Below, in pieces: positions 1-10,278 of a stretch of 64,000 bases of DNA (within the stretch, counting starts at the first letter, position 1; each line of letters starts with the position of its first letter). Below the pieces are notes generated by a model. It saw nothing but the letters and a program-made list of their open reading frames with translations, had not been told where the DNA came from and made no database searches. Origin of the DNA: a virus (taxonomy: Duplodnaviria > Caudoviricetes); IMG/VR virus record IMGVR_UViG_3300031992_000057, positions 28,207 to 92,206 of that record. One strand, given 5' to 3'. The position numbers and the translations under genes were made by a program.

Positions 1-1
1 G

Positions 2-3000
2 TCCGAAGTCGCCAAGCGCCATGCACAGGCGCTCCAGGCGCTCGCGGGGTCCTGGGCGACGGTGCGGTACACCGGCGAGAACTCGTTCGTCCTCGAGGGC
101 AGCCTGCGCGGCGGAGTGACCGGCGGCGCCCCGAAGACGCAGCGCATCGCGATCTGCGTCTCCATTGGGGACGATGGACTCATGTCGGTCGAGACCGACG
201 AGCAGGTCTCCATGTTCGCGAGCTCCCGCGCGTACGCCGCGTCGTTCGCGGGGACGGACGCCGCGAAGGCGATGGGCGTCACGTCGGCGGATGCGTTCCT
301 GGCCCTCCCGGAGGACGTGAGGAAGTCGATAGTGAAGCGGTTCAGCGTGGGCGCAGCGTCGGCGAACCGGCCCGTGTTCACCGTTACCGGGAAGGGGATG
401 CGCGTCCTCACGGGCGCGATACGTATCGCCGGCTCGAAGCAGGAGACCCAGCTCTACCATGAGTATTTCCACTCGATGATGGCCATGTTCCGCGGCCTTG
501 GGCTCTTTTCCGTCGCGGACATAAGGGCTCTGCAGGACACGTTCGGGAAGCCGCCGCCCGGCAGCGGCATGCTGTTCGACGAGGAACGCGCGGCCGAACG
601 GTACAGGCAGTGGGTCGAAAAAGGCACCGAGACCCGGGAGACCAAGGCTGTCGAAGGGGTCTTCAGGAAGATATTCAACGCCATCGCCGCGCTGCTGCGG
701 TCCATCGTGGACGGGTTCAGCTACCGGAGAGGCGAGACCGCGGCGGAGGGCAAGTTCACCCGCAACGAAGAGCTCCTCTTTTCGTTCGTCACCGCCGGCG
801 TCGCCGCGAGGTCCAACGAGCGCATCGCGGAGCTGGAGCGCGTGGCGGTGATGGACGGGGAGCGTCTTGACGTCCGGGGTCAGATCGACAGAGGGGTGAA
901 GCCCGAGGGTGTCGGGCTCGCCGACGTGGAGCTCGGGACGGCCGCGGACATCGCCACCCGGCTGCGATGGGACAATCCGTCGGATCTCGTGGTCGAGAGG
1001 ACCGCCGATGGCGTGTGGGTCCCGCGCGAGCTGACCGATGACGACTACGGCGAGGACGGCGGGCTGAAAGAGGGCATCCGACCGGCGACGCACAGGGAAG
1101 CCATCGACTTCATGACAAAGAGGATCCAGCTGTCCGCGGAGGAGCTGGGCGTCGCCCCCCATCCGGACCCCGAGGTCGGTCCGCTTGTCAAGGGCAGGTA
1201 TGACAGACTGAAGGCCAAGGCCGTCGAGCTGCTGTCGGCGGAAGGGGCGCTCGACGCCGAAGCGCTGTCTTCGGTGCTCGGCGAACTGGCCAAGATGGGC
1301 GGCAGCCTGGAGGCAGGCTTCACCGATCTTGCCCGGGCGTACAATGAGGGCAGCCCGCAGCTGGACCAGGTCGCAGAGACGAACCTGGCCGTGACGGTGG
1401 GCGTTCCGCCCGTGGGGTCCGAGACATTCCCGTTCTACGGCGCCGGGCGCACGCTCGCGGAGATATGCACGGGCAAGCTCAAGGAATCGCTGCCGTACGA
1501 CACCGAGATGCTGAAATCGAAGCTGTTCGGCGGAGACGTGAAGCGTCTTGCGTCGAGGCTGACGGAAAGCGCGAAGGGCGTCATCGTCGCCGGATTCCGC
1601 GACGCCCTCTCCGTGCTCAACCCGGAGGCACTCGGAAAGTTCTCCCCGGACAGGTTCCAGGATCGCCTTGCGTTCGAGCTTCTCCTGTGCGCCGCGCAGA
1701 CGCTCGACCGCATGGTCGTCACGGACAGCGCGGGCGCGAAGGAGCGCGCGTTCCTGCGCGCCGAGGGCGAGGCCCCCGAGCGCAAGTGGCACGCGTCCGC
1801 ATACGACGTGTCGTCGTGGATCCTCGCGTCCGGCGGCGTGGACCCCGTGTCCATCGTGGCCGACACGGTGAAGAGCCTGAACGCGCTCGAACACATCAAC
1901 GACCCCGACGTGGAGCCGCTCGCCGTGACGTGCCGCGGCGTGCTCGACCGGCTCCAGGAGACGCTGTCCGACCCGTCATCATACATCGGGGAGCTGACGA
2001 AGGCCACCCAGGCCATCGACGGGCTCATCAAGGGCTTCGCCCCCGGTGTCAAGTTCTCGGGCAGGGACGTGGACGGGTCCATAATGGACTACGTCCTCGC
2101 GGACAGGGGGACGTCGGACAACCAGGCCACCGACGAGAACCTGAAGGTCTACGGGGCCATAGACGCCGCGAACGCCGGACTCCCGTCGTACCGCGCCGCG
2201 CAGGACGCGCTCAAGCTCACGTTCGGCGCCCTGTACCGGGCGATGGCGATGGTGAAGTTCCACCGTGAGCTCGGCTTCGTGCCGCCGTCGAAGGCGGACC
2301 TCGACTTCGAGCGCCGCATCCGCGAGCAGAACCGCATCGCCGCAGCACAGTCCCCGGCGGAGTGGTTCGCGACGCACGCGATCGGCGAGTCGAACCTCCT
2401 GGACAACGAGGGTCTCGTCGAGTTCTACGACCAGCCGTTCTTCGTGGCGGACAACATGGACGCGTACCTCGCGTCGACGATCCGCCCGCGCTTCGGGACA
2501 ACGGAGTTCGGGGACGCGGTCAGGGCAGACGGACACGAGTACGCAGGGCTCATGTACGAGATCAAGGACCTCGACAACTGGCAGGCGTGGGCCCTCGGGG
2601 ACGCCATGCTTCCGGGGAACGAGCTCCTGCTCCCGGTTCTCAGGGGCGGACGCTTCGCCGTCGACTCGGGCAGCGTGAAGTTCCTCGGCGGCAAGGGACG
2701 CCTCGTCGGCTTCGACGCGTACAACCGCGTGACATGCGGCATCTCGCTCACGGAGGACGAGGTGCGCGACGTCGACTGGTTCAAGAAGGCGCTCGCGTTC
2801 AAGATGGGTGGCTGGAACGATGTCATCACCGGGCTCGACCGCATTACGTTCCGCCAGAACGACGCGCTGCTCCCCGCGAAGTGGAGCGATCTGCTCGGCT
2901 CGTGCGACAGGAAGTTCTTCGGCGGCAAGGAGTACATGTCGCGGTTCGAGATGACCGTGCACCGCATGCCGCACCAGCTGCACGGAAATCTGCTCGGCGG

Positions 3001-6000
3001 ACAGATGAACTTCGGCGAGGAGTTCGCGTCGGCCGCGCACGCGGCGCTGAAGCGCGTGGCGGACGAGTACTCGGAGCTGTGCCGCAAGGCGGACGCCGCG
3101 ACGCTCTCGCACGACGAGCGCATCCGGTACGAGTCGTTCGACTTCAACGCCGAAGTGATCGAGGAGCTGGAGTCGAAGGGTCTCGTCGTCGCGCGCCGCC
3201 GCAAGGACGGGCGCGCCTATGAGTGCGTCGTCAGGCTCGGCACGGACCGCATCCTCGAGTGGTTCAAGGGGACGGAGGCGTACAGGAAGATCACATCACC
3301 CGAAAGGTGGGCCAAGACGGGCCTTTCACAGGCTGAGGTCGAGGCGATGTTCACGCCGGAGGCCCTCATCGCGCCCATGCGCGACAGGTGGAACCGGCTT
3401 TCGCGGTTCGTCCGCGAGCATCCCTGGATGACGCAGGGCGACGCGAAGCACCTGACGGCGTTCGGGACGCCACTGCCGTTCTTCCAGGGGACGGGCGTCT
3501 TCATGTACAACGCTGTCCGCGCGGCGAGGGCGGAGAACCGCAGGACGCACGTCGACTCGCTCGGCGACATGGAGTCGAGGTGGTTCGCGGCCGTCACGTC
3601 GCTCGCGAACGGACGTCGCATCGGCGACGCACCCGCGGGGACGGAGGCGCAGCTCCGCGCCGCGAAGGGCGAGGAGCACACGACGCTGTCCGTGTTCAGG
3701 GACCTCATCGGCGCAAAGGACCTCGAGCTCGTCGAGCTGAAGCGCGCCCTCATAGCCGGCGACTTCCGCCCCGGCGGGAAGTACGCGGACCGCACGGCGC
3801 GGTACGGGATCGACCTTCCGCCCAACCCGACGCTCGCCGCGATACACGACGAGACGTACCGCCTCATGGTGGAGCGCGCGGAGCTCGAGGCGACCGGGGA
3901 CACCGCGCGCGACGTCCCCATCGACCTCCAGGCGTGCATCGACAGGTTCCAGGAGCACAGGGCGGCCTCGGGTCTCACGGGAGGGCTCGGATGCTCGCCC
4001 GCCGCCATGTACCGCGCCTACGGGACGCTGCCCGCGAACCATCAGCTCGGGCACATGGTGCGCAAGGCCGCCGAGGGCGTCACGAACGCCATGGCGCACA
4101 GGGGGACGTTCATGTCGCTCATGACGACGCCCGCGCCGGACGGATCGCCGGTCTACTACATGCGCCCGGCGGACGACGCCGCTGCGACGTCGGGGATCCC
4201 CGACCAGTGCTGGGAGCAGATCGCCCGGTGGTGGGCGGCGTACCATGGGCTCAGGTACGACCCCGGGAAGTCCGGCGTCCAGAACGCCCAGGCCATCTAC
4301 GACAGGCTCGGGGAGATCGGGGACAAGGGAGGGCGGACTGGCCACTGGCGCATACCCCTTGGCGTCGGCGACCACCGGCATCACCGGTACGTGCCGCTCG
4401 ACGGCGACAGGGGCGAGCTGGCGTCCGTCACCGGCATCATGTGCATGGAGGACGAGAACCTCGGGGAGGATTCGTCCGCCATCAATGCGCTCGCGAAGGG
4501 CGAGGCCGTCGGGTACATGCGGCAGTTCGTGGACTCGGGCCGCGCGCAGAGCTTCCTCGCGGTTCGCAAAAACATCCACAGGGCGCTCAGCTGGTCGAAG
4601 TCCATGTCCGTCGCGTTCTCGCTCTTCTTCCCGCTCGCGACGCGCTTCGAGTCGCCGATAGGGGCGATAGGGGCGATCCCGACCCTGATGGGCAACGTTA
4701 AGGGAGGCCCCGACTTCGTGCGCGAGCACCCTGAGATATTCAACTTCCTCCAGGGGCACGTGTTCAAGGGCAAGGGCTGGATCACCAAGGACTTCATAGG
4801 CTTCAGGGACTACCGCGACATGATGGACAGCCGCGATCCGTTCCTCGCCGAGATGGTGTCGTGGGTGCATGCGCTGGGGCTCTCGTACTCCGACGACCTC
4901 GTGAACCCGATGGAGCACTCGAAGGCCATCGTGGCGAACGACATAAAGAGCCTCGAGAGCCTCATGCGGAAGGCGGGGTGGGCGCCCGGCGTCGTACGGA
5001 GATTCCGCAACTTCGCGGACGCCGTCCTCATCCGCCCCGGCGACAAGGCGTTCCGGTACGCGCTCAACGCGACCAAGCTCGCCGTGGTGTCCCAGCTCGC
5101 CATGAAGCTCCGCCACGAGGCGCAGGTCCGCGGCAAGGCGTTCGACCCGATAAGGGACCTCAGGAAGTACGCGTCCTACGTGAACGCCGAGGTGGGCGGC
5201 ATCGACGAGAGGCGGTACGCATGGGCGCACCCCGCGATGCGGAACATCCTCAACTGCCTGTTCTTCTCCTGGCAGTGGACCCGCGGCGCATGGGAGGCCG
5301 GCGGCGGGAACGTCATCGAGGACTTCGTGTTCGGCGGGCACTCGGCGACGCGGGAGGAGAGGAAGTACATCCTCGGGCGCTGGGCGCGCATGTACGGCGA
5401 GATAATGATAGGCGTCCCGCTCCTCATGCAGATGGCGTCCATGGCGTTCGCGAAGTGCCTCGGCGGCGGGGACGATGACGACGACCGCTGGTTCACATGG
5501 CAGAACGAGGGGAAGGCCAACCTCTCCGCGTTCGACATAACCCCGCTCATGAAGGCGGTGCACAGGCACGAGGACGTCGCGGGGATCGCCGGGCGCATCG
5601 GCGGGGCGCTCGTCGGCATGAGGCGCTTCGGGTGGCTCGGCGCGGCGGGCGGCGCCCTGCTCGGCGACAGGCTCGTCCCGGACTACAGGGGCGAGGACGC
5701 CGCCAACCAGAAGACGAAGGCGCGCAGGTACTACATGCACTTCGGCAAGCAGGGCTGGGAGTTCTTCCGCTGGTTCGACAGGCCGGGGCAGCAGTTCGCC
5801 GGAAAGCTCTCCATGCCCGCGCAGCGTCTCATCGAGGGCTTCCTCGGGCGCAACCTCACGTACATGGACCACGGGCTCGCGTGGGACGACATGGGCCCCG
5901 TGGAGCGCTGGCTCAACCCGTCGCTCGACTCGGCGTCCGTGAACCTCCTCAAGGCGTTCCTGCCGTTCTCCGCGGGGCAGATGATGTCCTTCGGCGACGC

Positions 6001-6547
6001 GGGGTTCCTGCCGATCGTGGGCCCCGTCCAGATGGGCGCCTCGCAGACCGCGGTCCAGAAGCGGCTCGAGAGAGCCGTCGAGGCGTGGGCGCGGAACGAC
6101 AGGGCGGCGTACTCGTGGGGCGTGGACCGCAACCCGTCCAGGGGCAAGAAGAAGGCGCGCATGCTCGCCGGCAGGTTCCCCGACATCCTCGAGGACGCGA
6201 GAAGGAACGGGCTCGACCCGGAGGCGCAGCTCAACACGGCGCTCGGCACGGTCGCGTCGAAGCTGTACGGGCGGCTCTTCTCGCTTCTCCCGGAGAAGGC
6301 GGACGGCGACTACGACGTGAAGGCGGTGGAGCGCGTCTGCCGCCAGCTGAATCGCGTACTCTCAAGGAAGGCGGACGTCCTGCAGTCCGTCAAGAAGAAG
6401 CTCGACGACCGCAAGGGCGCGACGTGGAAGGACCTGCCGCTGGAGATGCGCAGGCGGTACAGGGATGTCATAGCGCGCGAGATGGGCGACCCGTTCGGCG
6501 GCGAGCCGTCCATGCCTATTAAGGCGCCGGAAAGGGAGGAGTACTGA
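2..6547 (+). CDS. Giant virion/ejection-type (large polyvalent-like) protein, 5'-truncated, with zincin HExxH motif
   Basis: Frame open from window start, >2160 aa; LYHEYFH followed by DEERAAE; helical, hydrophobic C-terminal region resembling internal virion proteins. Confidence 0.65.
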   Translation, partial: SEVAKRHAQALQALAGSWATVRYTGENSFVLEGSLRGGVTGGAPKTQRIAICVSIGDDGLMSVETDEQVSMFASSRAYAASFAGTDAAKAMGVTSADAFLALPEDVRKSIVKRFSVGAASANRPVFTVTGKGMRVLTGAIRIAGSKQETQLYHEYFHSMMAMFRGLGLFSVADIRALQDTFGKPPPGSGMLFDEERAAERYRQWVEKGTETRETKAVEGVFRKIFNAIAALLRSIVDGFSYRRGETAAEGKFTRNEELLFSFVTAGVAARSNERIAELERVAVMDGERLDVRGQIDRGVKPEGVGLADVELGTAADIATRLRWDNPSDLVVERTADGVWVPRELTDDDYGEDGGLKEGIRPATHREAIDFMTKRIQLSAEELGVAPHPDPEVGPLVKGRYDRLKAKAVELLSAEGALDAEALSSVLGELAKMGGSLEAGFTDLARAYNEGSPQLDQVAETNLAVTVGVPPVGSETFPFYGAGRTLAEICTGKLKESLPYDTEMLKSKLFGGDVKRLASRLTESAKGVIVAGFRDALSVLNPEALGKFSPDRFQDRLAFELLLCAAQTLDRMVVTDSAGAKERAFLRAEGEAPERKWHASAYDVSSWILASGGVDPVSIVADTVKSLNALEHINDPDVEPLAVTCRGVLDRLQETLSDPSSYIGELTKATQAIDGLIKGFAPGVKFSGRDVDGSIMDYVLADRGTSDNQATDENLKVYGAIDAANAGLPSYRAAQDALKLTFGALYRAMAMVKFHRELGFVPPSKADLDFERRIREQNRIAAAQSPAEWFATHAIGESNLLDNEGLVEFYDQPFFVADNMDAYLASTIRPRFGTTEFGDAVRADGHEYAGLMYEIKDLDNWQAWALGDAMLPGNELLLPVLRGGRFAVDSGSVKFLGGKGRLVGFDAYNRVTCGISLTEDEVRDVDWFKKALAFKMGGWNDVITGLDRITFRQNDALLPAKWSDLLGSCDRKFFGGKEYMSRFEMTVHRMPHQLHGNLLGGQMNFGEEFASAAHAALKRVADEYSELCRKADAATLSHDERIRYESFDFNAEVIEELESKGLVVARRRKDGRAYECVVRLGTDRILEWFKGTEAYRKITSPERWAKTGLSQAEVEAMFTPEALIAPMRDRWNRLSRFVREHPWMTQGDAKHLTAFGTPLPFFQGTGVFMYNAVRAARAENRRTHVDSLGDMESRWFAAVTSLANGRRIGDAPAGTEAQLRAAKGEEHTTLSVFRDLIGAKDLELVELKRALIAGDFRPGGKYADRTARYGIDLPPNPTLAAIHDETYRLMVERAELEATGDTARDVPIDLQACIDRFQEHRAASGLTGGLGCSPAAMYRAYGTLPANHQLGHMVRKAAEGVTNAMAHRGTFMSLMTTPAPDGSPVYYMRPADDAAATSGIPDQCWEQIARWWAAYHGLRYDPGKSGVQNAQAIYDRLGEIGDKGGRTGHWRIPLGVGDHRHHRYVPLDGDRGELASVTGIMCMEDENLGEDSSAINALAKGEAVGYMRQFVDSGRAQSFLAVRKNIHRALSWSKSMSVAFSLFFPLATRFESPIGAIGAIPTLMGNVKGGPDFVREHPEIFNFLQGHVFKGKGWITKDFIGFRDYRDMMDSRDPFLAEMVSWVHALGLSYSDDLVNPMEHSKAIVANDIKSLESLMRKAGWAPGVVRRFRNFADAVLIRPGDKAFRYALNATKLAVVSQLAMKLRHEAQVRGKAFDPIRDLRKYASYVNAEVGGIDERRYAWAHPAMRNILNCLFFSWQWTRGAWEAGGGNVIEDFVFGGHSATREERKYILGRWARMYGEIMIGVPLLMQMASMAFAKCLGGGDDDDDRWFTWQNEGKANLSAFDITPLMKAVHRHEDVAGIAGRIGGALVGMRRFGWLGAAGGALLGDRLVPDYRGEDAANQKTKARRYYMHFGKQGWEFFRWFDRPGQQFAGKLSMPAQRLIEGFLGRNLTYMDHGLAWDDMGPVERWLNPSLDSASVNLLKAFLPFSAGQMMSFGDAGFLPIVGPVQMGASQTAVQKRLERAVEAWARNDRAAYSWGVDRNPSRGKKKARMLAGRFPDILEDARRNGLDPEAQLNTALGTVASKLYGRLFSLLPEKADGDYDVKAVERVCRQLNRVLSRKADVLQSVKKKLDDRKGATWKDLPLEMRRRYRDVIAREMGDPFGGEPSMPIKAPEREEY

Positions 6548-6548
6548 C

Positions 6549-7124
6549 ATGAAAAGACTGGTTTTCGCGGCCATCCTGGCCCCGTACGCGCTCATCGCGC
6601 GGGTTTCGGTGTACGACGTGTGGCTTTCCCTGCACGTCCCCGCCATCGTGGACAACTCGCAGTCGCTCGGGAAACGGGTGTACAGGACGCAGAGGCTGAG
6701 AGGCACGATGACGGTGAAGGACGGGGCGTGGGAGCCCACCGTCACGTTCACCGCCCTCGAAAACCGCTCGCACAGGGTGAGCGGGGAGTACGTCTCCTAC
6801 GACGTGGAGACGGACAATGTCGGCTGGCACGCGATAGGCGACAACAGGACCGGCAGGTTCAGGAAGGCGAGCGTGTTCCTCTCGATTGAGGCGACACCGA
6901 GCTACGCCCTCGCGGACGGCGAGGACAACACGCTCGTCCTGACGCTCGCCGGGTGCGGCGCCAGCGACGCGAGGCTGACCGGGTACGCAAGCGGACAGCT
7001 CGGGTGCGGGTGCTACGCCTACGGGCACGTGAGCCCGACGAGGATATACGGAACGGACACCGTTGTGGACACCGCCGCGGTGTGGGGGACGTGGAAGGCG
7101 ACGAGAACGGAGGTCAGGCCATGA
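6549..7124 (+). CDS. Secreted/virion hypothetical protein
   Basis: GGAGG RBS; signal-peptide-like N-terminus; beta-rich; ATGA overlap with next gene. Confidence 0.75.
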   Translation: MKRLVFAAILAPYALIARVSVYDVWLSLHVPAIVDNSQSLGKRVYRTQRLRGTMTVKDGAWEPTVTFTALENRSHRVSGEYVSYDVETDNVGWHAIGDNRTGRFRKASVFLSIEATPSYALADGEDNTLVLTLAGCGASDARLTGYASGQLGCGCYAYGHVSPTRIYGTDTVVDTAAVWGTWKATRTEVRP

Positions 7125-9124
7125 TCATGGGACCGGTCGAAAGGGCGCAGCGCGATGCGCAGCGCGCCGAAGAGAGAAGGAAGCGCAGGGAGATCATGCT
7201 CGCCGCGCAGACGGGCACACCCGTCACGGGCTACGGGCTCTGGAAGCAGCGCCGTGACGCAGGGTGGACGGAGTACACCGACGAGCTGGGGAACCGCAGA
7301 TGGAAGCCGCCTGCCGCGGAGGCGCAGGCCAAACCCGAGGAGAAGCCCGCCACCGTGCAGCGCAGCCCCGAGGAGAAGCCCGCCACCGTGCAGCGCAGCC
7401 CCGAGGAGAAGCCCGCCACCGTGCAGCGCAGCCCCGAGGAGAAGCCCGCCACCGTGCAGCGCAGCCCCGAGGAGAAGCCCGCCGCCGTGCAGCGCAGCCC
7501 CGAGGAGAAGCCCGCCGCCGTGCAGCAGGACGGCGGAGACGTCAACGCCTTCGGGTCCTTCAAGCAGAACATCGCGTCGGGGCTCGTGCGCAAGATGGAC
7601 ATCAACGGCAACTGGCGGTGGGTCGATCCCATCAGGAAGGTCCGCGCCGACACCGGCATGCCGCTCAACCCGGGCCGGACGGCCGGGGGCACCGTGTCCG
7701 TGCAGCCCGACTCCGCGGCGAAGCCCCCGGACACGTCCGCAGAGGGCGCCCAGCCCACGCTTTCGGACGACAAGGCGGCCCAGATAACCGACGTGAACGC
7801 GCCGACCGTGGAGACCGAAACATCCATGGGGACGATCGGCCGGCAGACGACGGAGACGCAGCGCGCGGCAGACCGGGCGGAGGACCCCGGAATCTCAAAG
7901 GCGGCCCACGCTGTGGCCGACGCCAACATCAAGGCCTGGACCACCGAGATGGAGAACCACGCCGCGGACGAGCGCGACGCCGCCGTCGCCAACATGATCG
8001 CAGGCGTCGGGCAGGACCACGACTACACGCCGCTCAACACGCAGATGGAACGCCAGCGCACTGAGGAGGTGTCGCTCGCGTCGCTCGATCAGTTCATGCC
8101 GGAACAGCGCCCGCCGGAACGGATGCAGCCTGACGGGAACGATGACGAAGAGAAGGACCAGGCCGCGTCCAAGGCCGGCTACGCGGGCAGGTTCGACGTG
8201 TCGAGGAACTTCCTCGCCACCGACAGGGTGCCCGACTCGATATTCGGGTACCCGGTCGTGAGCCGGGAAGAGGACTACACGGAAGAGGACATCGCGTTCT
8301 TCAAGGACCACCCGGAAGCCGGGGGCTACTATGACCTCGGGGAGAGTCAAGGTGATGAGAAGCAAGGCGCTGTAAGCGCGGGGGTGCCAATGCTTTTTGG
8401 CGTCGTACCTATAGGGCCTGCTGGAACCAGAGCGATTGACAGGGCAGTACCGGGAGGTTCACGGAACGCTGGGGAGCTTGCCAGCGGAGTAATGGCGTCT
8501 AAAGGCTTAGTAGTTCCCGACCCGCCGCTCAGGAAAGACGGGCTCGCTCGACTATGGGGAGCAAATATGACCCGATGGTTTGGCGGTGTTGACGGGGACA
8601 AGGTCACCCTAGGCGATGTTTTAGACTTCACTGATCACGGGGGAGGACGTGTTCTCGCTAAAGCGTATCCTTGGTTGCCAAGTCTACCTGTCGGATCGGA
8701 GGACTTTCTCAGAGATAGCAAGGGAAACCCACTTCGCGGGGTCTTCCATGCTTACAGAAACCCCCAACCCATCGACAGAGCACATGGGGCGATCACTATC
8801 TCCCGTGAGTCCGATTGGAGACAGGAGACAAACGGAAAGAGTGACGTTTGGACTACGATACTCCATGAGATGGTACATGCCATACAGCAGGCCGACCCTG
8901 ACATGCTCCCACTCCGATATGTGCCAGAGACGTACGCTCAAAGCCTGGATGAATGGCAGTCCAGAGTAACCGAACGGACGGCTGACTCTCGCGCAAAGAT
9001 CACCGCCGGATCCGCAGAGTCCTATGGTAAACAAGTCATGAGTTCAGCTTTCCGTGAAGGGAACCCTAACGTACCGGAAGACCCGCTTCCGTTGGTCATA
9101 AACGTGGAAAAGAAGGGAGACTGA
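7121..9124 (+). CDS. Modular virion-associated protein with 11-aa repeats and C-terminal zincin-like domain
   Basis: ATG 7121 after GGAGG; PEEKPATVQRS repeats; ILHEMVHAIQ...DEWQSR in a lower-GC 3' part. Confidence 0.75.
   Translation: MIMGPVERAQRDAQRAEERRKRREIMLAAQTGTPVTGYGLWKQRRDAGWTEYTDELGNRRWKPPAAEAQAKPEEKPATVQRSPEEKPATVQRSPEEKPATVQRSPEEKPATVQRSPEEKPAAVQRSPEEKPAAVQQDGGDVNAFGSFKQNIASGLVRKMDINGNWRWVDPIRKVRADTGMPLNPGRTAGGTVSVQPDSAAKPPDTSAEGAQPTLSDDKAAQITDVNAPTVETETSMGTIGRQTTETQRAADRAEDPGISKAAHAVADANIKAWTTEMENHAADERDAAVANMIAGVGQDHDYTPLNTQMERQRTEEVSLASLDQFMPEQRPPERMQPDGNDDEEKDQAASKAGYAGRFDVSRNFLATDRVPDSIFGYPVVSREEDYTEEDIAFFKDHPEAGGYYDLGESQGDEKQGAVSAGVPMLFGVVPIGPAGTRAIDRAVPGGSRNAGELASGVMASKGLVVPDPPLRKDGLARLWGANMTRWFGGVDGDKVTLGDVLDFTDHGGGRVLAKAYPWLPSLPVGSEDFLRDSKGNPLRGVFHAYRNPQPIDRAHGAITISRESDWRQETNGKSDVWTTILHEMVHAIQQADPDMLPLRYVPETYAQSLDEWQSRVTERTADSRAKITAGSAESYGKQVMSSAFREGNPNVPEDPLPLVINVEKKGD
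7334..7525 (+). repeat. 33-bp coding tandem repeat, about 5.8 copies
   Basis: Unit cccgaggagaagcccgcc(a/g)ccgtgcagcgcagc, no spacers. Confidence 0.95.
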
Positions 9125-10278
9125 TGATGAACAGGAGAAACAGGGTTCCTGACAGCGTCTCAATGGAGACGCCGAAGGACGCCAAGGGCGGCAAGGCGTC
9201 CAAGTGGACCTGGGAGACCTACAGGTGGCACCCGAAGAACGGGCACATCGACCCGAAGAACATCAAAGGCACTGGCATCGCGTTCGATGAAAGGGACCGC
9301 GCCATGCTGCCAAAAGAACTGCGGAAAGAGTTTGAAGCCTGGATGGACGAGCTCGCCGATCCGAAGGGCGAGTGGACCCTTGACAACGGGCGGAAAGTGA
9401 CGCCCCGGTCGGCGCTCGTGCCGAAAGACTGGCGGACCGACACGGAGTACAACCGCGACTACGATTTCGTGCGCGCGTTCCTCGCCGCCCGCGAGGACCC
9501 CGAGCTGGCCAAGGGGATTGTGGCGCCCCTCGACCACGGCGAAGAAGGCTACTGGCTCCACATGAACGATGTCGGCAAGCTCCCCACGCATCCCACGTTC
9601 TCCACGGATTCCTATTACGCGAGGGATCAGAAATACGCTCCGCTCGCGGGAAGCTGGGAAGGGGAGACGTACATCCCCGGCAAGGCGGAGAGCGAGGTGC
9701 ACGAGGACGCCAAGGGCGGCGACACCGGCCCCGCGGAAGATGAATCAATTCCCGAAACGGGCGGAGAACACGCTCCGCAGGGTGGCCCGCGCATCGTCAT
9801 CAACCCCTCGACCTTCCGGAACAAGAAGGACGCCCTGTGCGTCGCGTTCAACGAGGCGTTCCGCCTCGTCATGGAAGAGATGGGCTTCAACCCAGTCTCG
9901 GAGCCCACGGAGGCGCAGAGGAGGTTCTTCAGCGACACCGCCTACCGGGATGACGAGCTTCAGCTCAGGCGCACGATACTCGCCCGCATCTGCACGTTCG
10001 ACACGTCGGTGAAGGACCCCACGGACGAGCAGCTCCAGGAGGCCGTCGAGTTCCTCGGCTCCGTGCTGGAGGCCGGGGCCCCCCAGAACGACTGGGAGCG
10101 GCAGGCCGTCGAGAGGCTCAGGGACGTCATCGCCCAGGTGGCGGAGAAGGGTCAGCGTGCAAAATCGGATTCTACGACACCGCAGAAGGCGGCGTCTGAA
10201 AGCAGAGCGTCCCGCGCTGACGAACCGCTGACGCCGGACGACGATGTGACAATGGCCGCCGGCGGGCTGCAAATGTAG
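9124..10278 (+). CDS. Two-domain virion-associated hypothetical protein
   Basis: TGATG coupling; domain with DYDF...HPTFS..SYY motif between two DAKGG repeats, then a helical domain. Confidence 0.75.
   Translation: MMNRRNRVPDSVSMETPKDAKGGKASKWTWETYRWHPKNGHIDPKNIKGTGIAFDERDRAMLPKELRKEFEAWMDELADPKGEWTLDNGRKVTPRSALVPKDWRTDTEYNRDYDFVRAFLAAREDPELAKGIVAPLDHGEEGYWLHMNDVGKLPTHPTFSTDSYYARDQKYAPLAGSWEGETYIPGKAESEVHEDAKGGDTGPAEDESIPETGGEHAPQGGPRIVINPSTFRNKKDALCVAFNEAFRLVMEEMGFNPVSEPTEAQRRFFSDTAYRDDELQLRRTILARICTFDTSVKDPTDEQLQEAVEFLGSVLEAGAPQNDWERQAVERLRDVIAQVAEKGQRAKSDSTTPQKAASESRASRADEPLTPDDDVTMAAGGLQM
9176..9720 (+). repeat. 17-bp direct repeat AGGACGCCAAGGGCGGC (9176-9192, 9704-9720)
   Basis: Exact in-frame repeat (DAKGG) flanking about 170 codons. 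Confidence 0.9.

Noticed and set aside
2-6547. Virion RNA polymerase
   Set aside because: No convincing RNAP catalytic motif in the visible part; the N-terminus lies outside the window
7334-7525. CRISPR array
   Set aside because: Contiguous in-frame repeats with no spacers
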